A stretch of DNA of 58,329 nucleotides from a virus (IMGVR_UViG_3300044461_000112:1-58329), one strand, 5' to 3'; shown: positions 27,763 to 37,872, counted from the first letter of the stretch. Notes: generated by a model not told the origin, from the letters alone. Numbers and translations are program-made.

Positions 27763-28015
27763 GGAGATGGCAACGGCGACCAAGACGGGCAAAGCGCCCT
27801 GTGGCTGCGAGCGCACGGTGAGTGCGGACGGGCTGAGCTGGTCGACGGGCCACGACGACGACTGCGCCCTGCTTAAACCAGCGGCAGGCGCCCGTACGGC
27901 CCGTACCAGCGGCAGCGAGACCACCACCGAGAGCACGACCGCGCGGACGGGTGGCGGCACGGCAACCACCTCGAGCGCCGAGAGCAACCCGCCACGACGG
28001 ACGAGCCCGTCATGA
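27752..28015 (+). CDS. Hypothetical protein (CGC...HxxxC, Thr-rich tail)
   Basis: AAGGA SD, overlap coupling. Confidence 0.5.
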   Translation: MTPEEMATATKTGKAPCGCERTVSADGLSWSTGHDDDCALLKPAAGARTARTSGSETTTESTTARTGGGTATTSSAESNPPRRTSPS

Positions 28016-28194
28016 CCGCGGAGAGTCTGATTGCCATTGACGAGATCGAGCTGGCGCACGCCGTCGAGGAGCTGCGCACCCTGCTCGAGCAGACCGTGAC
28101 CCTCTACAGCGAACGGCTGGCGCGGCTGGAGCTGCGCATCGCGGCCCTGGAATCGCAGGTCCGGGACCAGGCCACGGTGGAGCCCGCCGGGTGA
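28012..28194 (+). CDS. Small coiled-coil protein
   Basis: ATGA overlap; RLARLELRIAALE heptads. Confidence 0.55.
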   Translation: MTAESLIAIDEIELAHAVEELRTLLEQTVTLYSERLARLELRIAALESQVRDQATVEPAG

Positions 28195-28544
28195 AGCTGA
28201 CCGGGACCTGTAACCAATGCTCGCGATGCTGTTCGTGGCTGAGCATCGAAATCCATCCCGAATATCACAACAACGCGGACATTCGGCGGTGGGTGAATCT
28301 TCACCACGTGGTTACCCATATCGGTGAGGAGGGACGGGTCTTTGCGGACATCCCAATTCCCTGTTCAGCCCTGACCGAAGACGGTCGTTGCGGCATTTAC
28401 GAGGACCGGCCGCAGGTCTGTCGAGTCTGGCCTACGAGTCAGGCCGATCTGGAGGACCCGCGCATCAAAGATTACTGTTCGCTTTCATTTGTTTCTGAAG
28501 ATGAAACCGATCTCCTGCCCATGATCGAGCGCCGGACCGGGTAG
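28191..28544 (+). CDS. YkgJ/CxxCxxCC family cysteine-cluster protein
   Basis: CNQCSRCC...CSALTEDGRCGIYEDRPQVCRVWP. Confidence 0.88.
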   Translation: MKLTGTCNQCSRCCSWLSIEIHPEYHNNADIRRWVNLHHVVTHIGEEGRVFADIPIPCSALTEDGRCGIYEDRPQVCRVWPTSQADLEDPRIKDYCSLSFVSEDETDLLPMIERRTG

Positions 28545-28575
28545 TTAGCGCACAGGAGAAAGCGAGGGTACCACC

Positions 28576-29385
28576 ATCCCAACTGAGGTTTTCAGCGGAC
28601 CGCTCGGAGAATTACGCAGCGCCACGACGACCGGCGGCGGAAGCGCGTTAACGAGCGCTGCCAGTTTTGTCCAGGTGCCCGATGGTGTGCATCACCTCTT
28701 CATCTGCACGCGCAACTTCACCACGGCCGTGGTCGCACAGCTCGCCATCAATCCCTATCTGACCGTGCTCCTCACCACTGACGACGGCGCCACGGTGACC
28801 GATGGCAGCGGCGCCCTGCAGGACGCCAGCACCGCCACCTCGCTCACCCTCAGCTCCATGAGCACGGCCGCGAACGCCGACTACCTCTACGTCGGCAGCC
28901 ACATCCCCTTCCGTGGCGTCAACGTCGATGTGGGGAACACGAACGGCACGGCGTCGGTGCTCACCGTGAAATACTGGAAGACCGACAGCACTTGGGCCAC
29001 CATCACGGCGACCGACGGCACGGCCAGCGCCGGTGCCACGCTGGCGCAGGATGGCAACGTCACCTGGACCGTGCCGACCGACTGGTTCAAAGCCCGATTG
29101 GTCGACACCACCAGCCCGCGCCCGGCCAACGTGGTCGGCTCCACGGCTCCCCTCTACTGGACGCGCTGGGAGGTGTCGGTGGCGCTGGACTCCTCGGTCA
29201 CCGTACTGGCCATGAACGCCATGAACCGCAGCACGGCGTACTTCGAGCTGGTGTCCGAGCAGGTGCTCGAGCAGCGAGTGTCCAAAGGCCCCGGTGGCAT
29301 GGGGTGTATCGAAGCAAAGACGGACGCCGGCACGGCCAACCTGATTGTGAACGTGGCGGCCGGCTCCGGCAGTCAGTTCGTCTAA
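28576..29385 (+). CDS. Putative structural protein; probable ATC start, alternative GTG 28675
   Basis: GAGGG SD 7 nt before in-frame ATC; T/A/G-rich beta protein. Confidence 0.6.
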   Translation: MPTEVFSGPLGELRSATTTGGGSALTSAASFVQVPDGVHHLFICTRNFTTAVVAQLAINPYLTVLLTTDDGATVTDGSGALQDASTATSLTLSSMSTAANADYLYVGSHIPFRGVNVDVGNTNGTASVLTVKYWKTDSTWATITATDGTASAGATLAQDGNVTWTVPTDWFKARLVDTTSPRPANVVGSTAPLYWTRWEVSVALDSSVTVLAMNAMNRSTAYFELVSEQVLEQRVSKGPGGMGCIEAKTDAGTANLIVNVAAGSGSQFV

Positions 29386-29387
29386 TT

Positions 29388-30149
29388 ATGCCGACGAACC
29401 TGCGCCACACCCGGCTCGGCGGCCGCTCTGGCGGTCTGTATGCCGCGACCGGGGGGACGCCGGCCCCGGGCGTGCCGGGCGGGTCCTCCCTCCTCACCGA
29501 CCTGGTCTCCTACTGGAAGCTCGACGAGGCCAGCGGCAATGCCACCGATAGCCATGGCGCGAACACGCTCACCGACACGAATACGGTCACGACCGCCGCC
29601 GGGAAGCAGGGCACGGCGCGGCAATTCACGGCGGCGAGTACCGAATATTTCACCATCGCCGACAACACCGATCTCTCCACCGGGGATATCGACTTCACGA
29701 TTGCGGCCTGGGCCTATCTGGACTCCTCCCTCACGGCGGAGGGCATCGTGGGAAAGTGGACGGGCGGCAGCCTCGAATACTGGCTGGGCTACGTTGGCGG
29801 CTCGACCTCGTTCGCCTTCCAGGTGAGCACCAATGGATCAGACAACCCCTCGGTCACGGGCCCGGGCAGCATGATGACGGCCACCTGGTACTTCCTCGTG
29901 GCCTGGCACGACAGCGTGCTGAATACCATCAATATCCAGGTGAACGACGGCACGGTGGTCTCGGTTGCCCATACGGCGGGCGTGTTCAACGGGACGGCGG
30001 CGTTCCGGATTGGCTACGACGGCACCTGGCCGATGAGCGGCCGCGTGGATGAAGTGGGTTTCTGGAAAAAAGTGCTCTCCGCAGCGGAACGGACGGCGCT
30101 GTATGGGGCGGGATCGGGAGCCGCATACCCCTTCACGGGACTCCCCTGA
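29388..30149 (+). CDS. LamG/concanavalin A-like lectin domain virion protein
   Basis: LVSYWKLDE, FTIAAWAY, TWYFLV, GRVDEVGFWKKVLS. Confidence 0.85.
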   Translation: MPTNLRHTRLGGRSGGLYAATGGTPAPGVPGGSSLLTDLVSYWKLDEASGNATDSHGANTLTDTNTVTTAAGKQGTARQFTAASTEYFTIADNTDLSTGDIDFTIAAWAYLDSSLTAEGIVGKWTGGSLEYWLGYVGGSTSFAFQVSTNGSDNPSVTGPGSMMTATWYFLVAWHDSVLNTINIQVNDGTVVSVAHTAGVFNGTAAFRIGYDGTWPMSGRVDEVGFWKKVLSAAERTALYGAGSGAAYPFTGLP

Positions 30150-31147
30150 TGCATGATCTGCGCGTCTTCCGCGGGCTCGTGATCGGCGGCATCCTCGGCG
30201 GCCTGCTCTGGCTCGGCCTGGCGCAGGCGGCCACGGCGGCAATGGGGGTGGGGTTCGATTGGGTTCCGGCCAACCTACCCCCAGGAGAAAGCCCGCAGTC
30301 GGCCCTGGCCCGTTTTGGCGGCACGGTCTATCGCGCCTACGACCACCCGTTCCAGTCGGACGCCGGCCCGGAGAAGCTGCGTCTCGTGAACGCCAACGGC
30401 CACAGCCCGATGCAGCAGGACTGTAACGGGACGCAACAGTACCACGCCTGGGGGATGTGCCCGGCCCAGATCACGCAGTACACCAGCACGCATCGGGGCC
30501 TGACCTACATCCTCGGCAACGAGGGCAACCTCTGTGCCCAGGATTGCTCGCTCAAGACCCAGTCGCAGGCGCCGACCTACGCCCGCTGGTACAAAACCAT
30601 CCGCGACGCCATCAAGACGGGCGACCCGACGGCGAAGGTCATTCCGACCTCGACCTGGAACTGGGACGGCGGCGGCTCCTCCTGCTGCACCCAGGGCCGC
30701 GACGCCCTGAACTGGTTCGTGGACAGCTACCGCCAGCAGTTCGGCTGGCAGGACCCGCCAACGGACGGCTGGGCCCTCCAGATTCATCCCTGGACCGACC
30801 AGTCCTGGGCTGACCCGGGCCAGTACGCCACCGCCCATGGGCTGCGCCAGGTGGACGGCCTGAAGAACTGGTATCGGCGGAAAGGGAAACCCATCTACGT
30901 GACTGAGTGGGGGCTACGCCGGCTGGGTGCCGACTGCTCCGTGATTGGCGCCAGTGAGGGGAGCCGGGGTCGCTACACCCGGGACATGCTCTCCGGGATG
31001 CAAGCCAGAGGGGTTGTAACAAGTCTGTACTTCGCCAGCCACCAGCAGGTGTGCTCTGCCGACGGGTGGTACGGCAATCTCGTGCAGTCGGACGGCTCCC
31101 TCACGGTCGAGGGACTGGCCCACCGGCAATTCGCGCTGGGGTATTGA
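30149..31147 (+). CDS. Clan GH-A glycoside hydrolase with signal peptide/TM
   Basis: ILGNEGN (acid/base), IHPW, PIYVTEWG (nucleophile); hydrophobic N-terminus. Confidence 0.75.
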   Translation: MHDLRVFRGLVIGGILGGLLWLGLAQAATAAMGVGFDWVPANLPPGESPQSALARFGGTVYRAYDHPFQSDAGPEKLRLVNANGHSPMQQDCNGTQQYHAWGMCPAQITQYTSTHRGLTYILGNEGNLCAQDCSLKTQSQAPTYARWYKTIRDAIKTGDPTAKVIPTSTWNWDGGGSSCCTQGRDALNWFVDSYRQQFGWQDPPTDGWALQIHPWTDQSWADPGQYATAHGLRQVDGLKNWYRRKGKPIYVTEWGLRRLGADCSVIGASEGSRGRYTRDMLSGMQARGVVTSLYFASHQQVCSADGWYGNLVQSDGSLTVEGLAHRQFALGY

Positions 31148-31148
31148 C

Positions 31149-31556
31149 ATGGCGGATTCGTACGTCGGCGTCGAGGAGCCGGCCAGCCCGACCAAAAAGA
31201 TGGCCACGCAGCAGATCACCCGGGGGGCCGACGACGTCGAGATCGAGGAGATCACCTTCTACGCCACGGCCTCCTACACCACGGCGACCCACAGCGCACC
31301 CGCCGTCACCACGAGCGACACCACCCCGGTGGCGGCCGAGGCCGACCGCAAGTATCTGCTCCTGGTCAACGACTCCGACACCATCATCTACCTCGCGCTG
31401 GGGGCCACGGCGGTGGCGAGCCAGGGGATTCGCGTGGCAGCAAACGGGGGGGCGTACGAGATGAGCTCGCCGTTCGGGAACCTCTACACCGGCGCGGTCC
31501 ACGCCATCCACGCCGGCAGCGGCAGCAAGGCCCTGCTCGTCACGGAGGGAACGTGA
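31149..31556 (+). CDS. Putative small structural protein
   Basis: RKYLLLVNDSDTIIYL..G motif typical of small jelly-roll virion proteins. Confidence 0.55.
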   Translation: MADSYVGVEEPASPTKKMATQQITRGADDVEIEEITFYATASYTTATHSAPAVTTSDTTPVAAEADRKYLLLVNDSDTIIYLALGATAVASQGIRVAANGGAYEMSSPFGNLYTGAVHAIHAGSGSKALLVTEGT

Positions 31557-31557
31557 G

Positions 31558-33396
31558 ATGCCGCTGACCGTTCCCGGAACCGACACCGCCGCCGGGATGG
31601 GGGCCAATGTGCGGGCCTACGGGGCCGTGGGTGACGGCGTCGTCGACGACACGGCCGCGATCCAGGCCGCCATCGACGCCTGGACCGATGGCGGGCCGGT
31701 CTTCTTGCCGCAGGGGGTCTACCGCATCACCTCAGCGCTCTCCCTCAAGAGCCTGACCCACCTGATCGGGACCGGCTACAACCGCTACGGGAAGATCGAG
31801 AGCCCCCATGGCAGTCACATCGACGCCGAAGCCGCCGGCTGCTCGGCGCTCACCCTGCCGGCCAGTGCGCGCGGGGTCAATATCTCGAACCTGGGGCTCT
31901 ACGGCGACGCGGCGGCCGGCACCGGGGTGAGTGCGTCCAATGCGGGCGAGCTGCACATTGATAACGTCTATATCGACGGGTTTTCCAACGGGATCTCCCT
32001 CTCCTACGTCAGCGGCCTGGTCCTCACGCGCTCGTTCATCACGACCCAGGGGAGCCGCGGGCTCTCCCTGGTCGGCTGCGGCGGCAGCGTCATCGGCGGC
32101 TGCCAGATCGCCAACGGCGTTGCGGGGAACATCTACCTTTCTGCCTGTAGCAGCACCACCATCGACATGGCGCTCGTCGACGAAGGCGGGGCGGGCCCCA
32201 GCGCCGGCGGCAACCTGACCATCATGGGATCGTCGAACATCACGTTCCGCTGCCCGATGATGTTCCTCTCCACCGGGTGCTACAGCATCTGGATCGGGCC
32301 GACCTGCTCCAACATTACGCTCTACGACACCAACATCATCCCGTTTGCGCTCGATCGCGTCGGCACCGGCATGATCAAGATCGAGGCCGGCGCCAGCGAC
32401 GTCCGCCTCATCAACGTCGTGACCGACCCGAACGGCGCGCCGGTCGACATCGACGACCAGGGCACGAACACGTTGTGGATCAATACCAATGGCCGCACCA
32501 AGCTCCCGGTGGTCGCCACCGCCAGCCTGCCGGCGGCCGGGGCGACCGAGGATGGGCGCCTCCTGATCGAGGACGCCGGGGGTGTCGGCAATCTGATTTT
32601 TTATGTGGATGGGGCGCGCTACCGGGTGGCCGGCACCGCCGCCGCTATCGACCTCGCGCTCGGGCCGGTGGCGATCCCGGTGACGGCGGTCGCCCCGACG
32701 ATGAGTGGCGGGGCCGCCCCCTCCGGCCTCTTGACCGGCCTGGCGGCGTACTGGAAGCTGGAGGAGACGAGCGGGACGCGGGCCGACAGCGTGGGCACCA
32801 GTCACCTGACCGACAACAACACGGTGACGAGCAATCCCGGTATCCAGGGGACCGCCGCGCAATTCACGGCTGCCAACAGCGAGTCGCTGAGCGTGGTGCA
32901 TAACGCCGCGCTGGCGGTGGGGAACTTCGATTTCAGTATCGCGCTCTGGGTGTATTTCGATACCGTGGCCACGAGTCACGTCTTCAACAAGTGGGCGGCG
33001 GGGCAGGGGTCCTACATCCTCTACTACGACTCCGGGTCGGGGCGCTTCGCCTGGCTGCTCTCGACCGATGGCACGGTGCAGGATGTCCATCTGCCGATGG
33101 ATGCGCTCGGGACGCCGCTGGCGAGCACCTGGCACTTCATCACCCTGATCCACGACGCGGCCGCGAACACGCTCACGGTGCAGGGCGACACCACCACCGC
33201 CTATGTGGTGGCCCACAGCGCCGGCGTCTTCGCTGGTACGGCGCCGGTGGAGATCGGCGCCAACCTCGGGTCGCCCTACCTGAACGGCCGGGTGGACGAG
33301 GTGGGCTACTGGACCCGCACACTCACCGGGACGGAACGAACGAATCTGTACGCGGCGGGGGCCGGCGTGACCTATCCGTTCACCGGTATCCCCTGA
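31558..33396 (+). CDS. Tailspike/fibre: pectate-lyase-like beta-helix + LamG
   Basis: NVRAYGAVGDGVVDDTAAIQAAID..VFLPQGVYRI; C-terminal LAAYWKLEE..GRVDEVGYW. Confidence 0.85.
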   Translation: MPLTVPGTDTAAGMGANVRAYGAVGDGVVDDTAAIQAAIDAWTDGGPVFLPQGVYRITSALSLKSLTHLIGTGYNRYGKIESPHGSHIDAEAAGCSALTLPASARGVNISNLGLYGDAAAGTGVSASNAGELHIDNVYIDGFSNGISLSYVSGLVLTRSFITTQGSRGLSLVGCGGSVIGGCQIANGVAGNIYLSACSSTTIDMALVDEGGAGPSAGGNLTIMGSSNITFRCPMMFLSTGCYSIWIGPTCSNITLYDTNIIPFALDRVGTGMIKIEAGASDVRLINVVTDPNGAPVDIDDQGTNTLWINTNGRTKLPVVATASLPAAGATEDGRLLIEDAGGVGNLIFYVDGARYRVAGTAAAIDLALGPVAIPVTAVAPTMSGGAAPSGLLTGLAAYWKLEETSGTRADSVGTSHLTDNNTVTSNPGIQGTAAQFTAANSESLSVVHNAALAVGNFDFSIALWVYFDTVATSHVFNKWAAGQGSYILYYDSGSGRFAWLLSTDGTVQDVHLPMDALGTPLASTWHFITLIHDAAANTLTVQGDTTTAYVVAHSAGVFAGTAPVEIGANLGSPYLNGRVDEVGYWTRTLTGTERTNLYAAGAGVTYPFTGIP

Positions 33397-33414
33397 CCTG
33401 GAGGGAAACAAGAG

Positions 33415-33849
33415 GTGAGTGACTTCGTTTTTACTCCGATGAAGCTCCGATTGGGCACGGCGCTCCTCAATCTCTCGACGGTCGACAGTCGCATGCTGAT
33501 CTGTATGACGAATACGACCGCCGATACGGACGAGGACGCCGCCAGTCTCTCCGCTATTGGCACCCTCGACGAGTACGACGGCAGCGCCTACGTGCGCAAG
33601 ACCATGGGCGGCGAGGCCATCGCGCAGGATGCGACCAACGACCGGGCCGAGTTCACCGTGACCAGCCCCATCGTGTGGACGGCGCTCGGCGCTGGGACGC
33701 GCTCGGGCGCCGGCATCCTGCTCTACGAGTACGTCGACGGTACGGCCGCGAACGACCGGCCCATCGCGTGGTTCGACGCCCCGTTTACCGGGAACGGAAC
33801 CGACGTAACCGCTACTGTCGCTTCTGAGGGACTCCTTTTCATAAGTTAG
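33415..33849 (+). CDS. Putative structural protein
   Basis: GGAGGG SD; beta-rich, in tail cluster. Confidence 0.55.
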   Translation: MSDFVFTPMKLRLGTALLNLSTVDSRMLICMTNTTADTDEDAASLSAIGTLDEYDGSAYVRKTMGGEAIAQDATNDRAEFTVTSPIVWTALGAGTRSGAGILLYEYVDGTAANDRPIAWFDAPFTGNGTDVTATVASEGLLFIS

Positions 33850-33902
33850 TGCACCGGTAGACGCGCAGGGCTTGTTGCAGATTTCGTGAGGAAGGTGGCG
33901 GC

Positions 33903-34895
33903 ATGGCACTCGTACCGATCCTGGTCGGGGCCGGGCTCCTGTCCGGGGGTGGAGGGGAGGCGGAAGTGGGCTGCTCATTGACCACGCTGCGGCGGGCGGG
34001 CGCCCGGGCCGGGGGACGCTTCGCGATGGCGACGGCCCCGGCCAGTGGCCACAGCACCACCGCAATCGTCTTCGGTGCGGCGGGCGCCTTCGGCTCCTCG
34101 CTGTCGCAGAACGCCTTGTACGATGGCTACTACGTCTATCTGCCGGCGGCGTCGGCCAACGACAAAGTGCGCGTCTGTTCGGCGTATGCGGCCGTTTCTG
34201 GCAGCATCACGCTCGACCGGGCGTTGTCCGTGTCCAGTGTCCCGAACAGTACGGTCGTCGAGCTCCACGGCCTGTGCTGGCCGTACAGCGATGATCTGAC
34301 CACCTACTCGTGGACGGACGCCATCAACGATTGTCTGAAGCGCATCTGGCTGACGGTCGAGTTCACCATCACCCCGACGGCGGGCGCCATCCGCCACAGC
34401 CTGGCCGCGCAGAGCTGGCTCCGGAGCTTCGACCAGGTCCTGGACGTGGGCACCCTGCAGACCAGCGAGACCCGGGCCAATGTGGACCCCTACCGGCATC
34501 ATCACCTGGACGCTGAGGGGGAGCGGGACGGCGCCACCCTCTACCTCAATCACTCACCCAGGACCTTTGCCACGAACGAGCGCATCTATGTTCGGGCGGC
34601 GAAGCGGGCCTACGACCACTGCCGGGCCAGTGGCGGGAGCTTCGGGAGCCAGAGCGGGCTGGTGCTGGAGACCGACGAGGCGCCGGTCTGCACCGACGCG
34701 GTGACCTGGGGCAGCCTCGTGGAAATCGCCCGTACCAACCGCACCGAGCTGACCGATGCGGCCGGGGACCACGTCAAGGTGATGCAGGACACCTGGGCGC
34801 ACAAGTGGAACACCGAGCAGCAGAAGGCGCTCGAGGACCTGCCCCCCCGGCGCTTTCGCAGACGTTTGGCTTTTTTTGCCAACAGGTCCTACTGA
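33903..34895 (+). CDS. Putative head-tail adaptor
   Basis: AINDCLKR helix; position before the nozzle-like gene. Confidence 0.5.
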   Translation: MALVPILVGAGLLSGGGGEAEVGCSLTTLRRAGARAGGRFAMATAPASGHSTTAIVFGAAGAFGSSLSQNALYDGYYVYLPAASANDKVRVCSAYAAVSGSITLDRALSVSSVPNSTVVELHGLCWPYSDDLTTYSWTDAINDCLKRIWLTVEFTITPTAGAIRHSLAAQSWLRSFDQVLDVGTLQTSETRANVDPYRHHHLDAEGERDGATLYLNHSPRTFATNERIYVRAAKRAYDHCRASGGSFGSQSGLVLETDEAPVCTDAVTWGSLVEIARTNRTELTDAAGDHVKVMQDTWAHKWNTEQQKALEDLPPRRFRRRLAFFANRSY

Positions 34896-34898
34896 CCG

Positions 34899-37046
34899 AT
34901 GGCGTTTCGTACCGGCAACAAGCGCGAGGTGCCCTGGCCGTTCGACGTCCTGATCGGCACCTCCAGCTCCACCATGGTCGGCTACGTGCTCGGCCTGAAG
35001 GACGCGGAGAGCAAGACGCTGGTCACCGCCAGCCTCATGCCGGGGATGAACGCCACGCCCACCGAGTACAAATACGGCGCCTTGAGCCCGCAGGTGGAGT
35101 CGACCTTCGCCCAGACCCGCTTCACCGGTGGGTTCGGCCAAAGGTACTTCGCCGAGGACCAGGACGAGAGCCGCTACTACTGGGCCATCGGCGTGGACTG
35201 CGCCGCCGAGCCGGGGCCGGTACTGGGGCCGCTCATCACCGTGGTGACGCCGAGCCCCACCGTGGACGCGACCAACGGCATCTCCCGCTTCTGGACCCAG
35301 GCCATCGCCGGCACGAACAACCTCTTCGCCTTAAACGGCCGCTACGCGCTGTGGCGGAACGGCGGCGACGCGGCCGGCGACTGGGATGTGAGCCAGGACT
35401 TCGGGGCCGGCAATGTGGCCACAGATGTCATCACCTGGGCGCAGAACACCGGCACCGGCGGCACCACCTACGCCTTTGTGGCGCTTGGCGATGGGGCCGG
35501 CGACTTCCTCTGGCGCTTCGACGCGGCGACCGGCACCACCACGTGGGCCCAGCACGCGAGCCTGCAAGCCCTGTGTTTCTGTAAAGGGAACGGCAATTAC
35601 CTCTACCGCGCCTACAGCCAGAACCTGGTGGCCCGGTGTGTGGGCACGGCCGACCCGTGGACCGCTGGCAACTGGGTCGACGTGGCTCGGGTGGGCGATG
35701 CCACCAGCGCCATCGTGCGCATGGCGACCCATCCCGACGGCACCCTGTACATCTTCAAGCAGGACGGCACCTTCGTCATCGAGGAGGACGGCACCGTCCG
35801 CCAGCTGCACAGCAGCCTGCAGTACGTCACCCACGCCGACGACGGCAAGGTGGTGGCGCCCTCGGCCAACGGCCTGATGGTCACCTACGGCTACAACTTC
35901 CACGAGATCCAGCCGGGCGGGGACCTGCTCGCCATCGGGCCGGAGCGGCTGGTCGAGAACGACAGCGACGTGCGCGGCTACGTCTCGGCCGCCATCTGGA
36001 CCGACTGGGGCGCGGTGTGCGGCATCTGGAACTCGGACGACTCGGTCAGTCATGTGCTCAAATGGGGGTCCTGGATCACCGGCCCGGACGGCCTGGCCCA
36101 CCGCGCCGACGCCTGGCACGGCAGCATCTCGGAGCAGTACACCAGCAAGATCACGGCACTCGGGCGCAGTACCGTGGGGGCGGCGACCGCCCACGAGCGG
36201 GTCTACATCGGGTTTCAGAATGGCGCGATTGGCTACTACCTGCTGAACTGCACCGCCAATCCGAAGGGCTGCAGCCACTACCGCTACCGCGCCGCCAACC
36301 TGACCGGCTACACCGCGACGGCCGGCCTGCTCTACACCAGCAACTTCGACGGCCGCTTCCCGGTCGACATGAAACACCTGCACTGGGTCGCGGTGACCCT
36401 GGCGGACGGCAGCGCCCCCGGCGTCGAGCTGGAGGCGATCAACACGGTCATCATCGACAACGACGACCTCATCGGCACCGGCACCGGGGGCACGCGCGGC
36501 AGCCGGGGCTGGGGCACGGCGACGAATCTGAGCAGCGGGGCGCTGCCGCCGGGCCAGCGCACCGATGCCCCGGCCGGGCTCGACTTCGTCAAGCTGGCCC
36601 TCGAGATGCAGTTCGTCAATATCCTGGGCGTCGACACCACGCTGAGCGCGCAGCTGTCGGGCTGGGGCGTGGGCTACGCGCTGCGCCCGGTCGTCACCCT
36701 GGCCTACGAGCTCTACGTGTTGTGCGAGGATGGCCTGCTGGCGCGGGACGGGCACCCGCTGAAGATCGGCGCCAGCCAGATCCGCCACAACCTCTTCCAC
36801 TTTGCGACGCGCACCACCGACCTGCTGATCCGGCTGCCCGGGGTGGCGGGCGCGGTCAATGTGGGGGGCACCGTCCCGGTCGGGGCGCAGAGCCCGCAGC
36901 GGGTGGCGATGTGGGAGTGGGAGGAGACGATGGCCTGGGACCCGCGCGGGCAGGGGCTGTGGCGGGAGGCGATCCGCCTGCGGCTGCTGCAGACCCAGGC
37001 GCGCACCGCGAACTACGGCGACGGCACCTGGACGATCGCGTCATGA
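34899..37046 (+). CDS. Putative tail nozzle/tubular protein B (beta-propeller)
   Basis: 715 aa beta-rich; GDATSAIVRM..GTLYIFKQDG propeller blade. Confidence 0.6.
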   Translation: MAFRTGNKREVPWPFDVLIGTSSSTMVGYVLGLKDAESKTLVTASLMPGMNATPTEYKYGALSPQVESTFAQTRFTGGFGQRYFAEDQDESRYYWAIGVDCAAEPGPVLGPLITVVTPSPTVDATNGISRFWTQAIAGTNNLFALNGRYALWRNGGDAAGDWDVSQDFGAGNVATDVITWAQNTGTGGTTYAFVALGDGAGDFLWRFDAATGTTTWAQHASLQALCFCKGNGNYLYRAYSQNLVARCVGTADPWTAGNWVDVARVGDATSAIVRMATHPDGTLYIFKQDGTFVIEEDGTVRQLHSSLQYVTHADDGKVVAPSANGLMVTYGYNFHEIQPGGDLLAIGPERLVENDSDVRGYVSAAIWTDWGAVCGIWNSDDSVSHVLKWGSWITGPDGLAHRADAWHGSISEQYTSKITALGRSTVGAATAHERVYIGFQNGAIGYYLLNCTANPKGCSHYRYRAANLTGYTATAGLLYTSNFDGRFPVDMKHLHWVAVTLADGSAPGVELEAINTVIIDNDDLIGTGTGGTRGSRGWGTATNLSSGALPPGQRTDAPAGLDFVKLALEMQFVNILGVDTTLSAQLSGWGVGYALRPVVTLAYELYVLCEDGLLARDGHPLKIGASQIRHNLFHFATRTTDLLIRLPGVAGAVNVGGTVPVGAQSPQRVAMWEWEETMAWDPRGQGLWREAIRLRLLQTQARTANYGDGTWTIAS

Positions 37047-37864
37047 CCGAGCTGACCGGGCGCCCGGCCTACGTGCGGGGGCCCCGCAGTCTGGGGCGCA
37101 AGCCGACCGACGCCGCGCCCGGGACGCAGGGGGCGCCGAAGACGCCCTGGCAGACCACGTACACCGATGCCAATGGCCATGTGCAGGGCGTGGCGCTGGG
37201 CGCCGACAACACGGTGCTGAAGAGCACGGGGGCCGCCAGTGCGCCGGAGTGGGCCGTGGTGTCGCCGTCCGAGCTGGTCGGGACCAACTGGCGGGTGTTC
37301 TACACCAACGGCAGTGGTACGGTGATCCAGATGGCGCTCGGGGCGGCGGGCACGGTCTTGAGCAGTACCGGGCCGACCAGCGCGCCCAGCTTCGTCGTCC
37401 CCTCGACCGTGCGCCGCGTGCTGAAAACCAGCAACGAGACCGTGGCCGGCAGCACGACGCTGCAAAACGACAACGAGCTCGCGCTGGCGGTGGCGACCGG
37501 GGAGCAGCTGGTGGGGTACTTCGTCCTGCTGGTGACGGGCGCCGAAGCCGACGATCTCAAGTTCGACCTGGCGCTGCCGGCCAGCACGGTCTTCGACTAC
37601 ACGGCCATGAAGACGCCGACCGGGGCGACGGGCACCGCGCCGTATGCCCCGGAGCTGGGCGTGCGGCGCAATGCCAGCAGCGCCACCGAGACCGCCGGCA
37701 CCCTGGGCACTACGGCGAACAGTGAGGAGACCATGGTGGTGATCTGGTTCTCCATCACGACGCTGGTGGGCTCCGGCACCTGCCTGCTGCGCTGGGCGCA
37801 GAATGTGGCGGGCGGCACGACCACGGTGCTGGCTGGGAGCCACGCCGTGGCGTTCAAGGTGTAG
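37043..37864 (+). CDS. Putative tail fibre protein
   Basis: ATGA overlap; repeated LGAxxTVLxSTGxxSAP; TLQNDNEL..LRWAQ. Confidence 0.65.
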   Translation: MTELTGRPAYVRGPRSLGRKPTDAAPGTQGAPKTPWQTTYTDANGHVQGVALGADNTVLKSTGAASAPEWAVVSPSELVGTNWRVFYTNGSGTVIQMALGAAGTVLSSTGPTSAPSFVVPSTVRRVLKTSNETVAGSTTLQNDNELALAVATGEQLVGYFVLLVTGAEADDLKFDLALPASTVFDYTAMKTPTGATGTAPYAPELGVRRNASSATETAGTLGTTANSEETMVVIWFSITTLVGSGTCLLRWAQNVAGGTTTVLAGSHAVAFKV

Positions 37865-37872
37865 GAGCAGCC

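Noticed and set aside
29388-33396. Possible DGR template/variable repeat pair in the LamG domains
   Set aside because: No reverse transcriptase; divergence is general, not adenine-specific
34870-34880. T7 run as programmed frameshift site
   Set aside because: The next gene has its own ATG; no tail-chaperone context or supporting evidence
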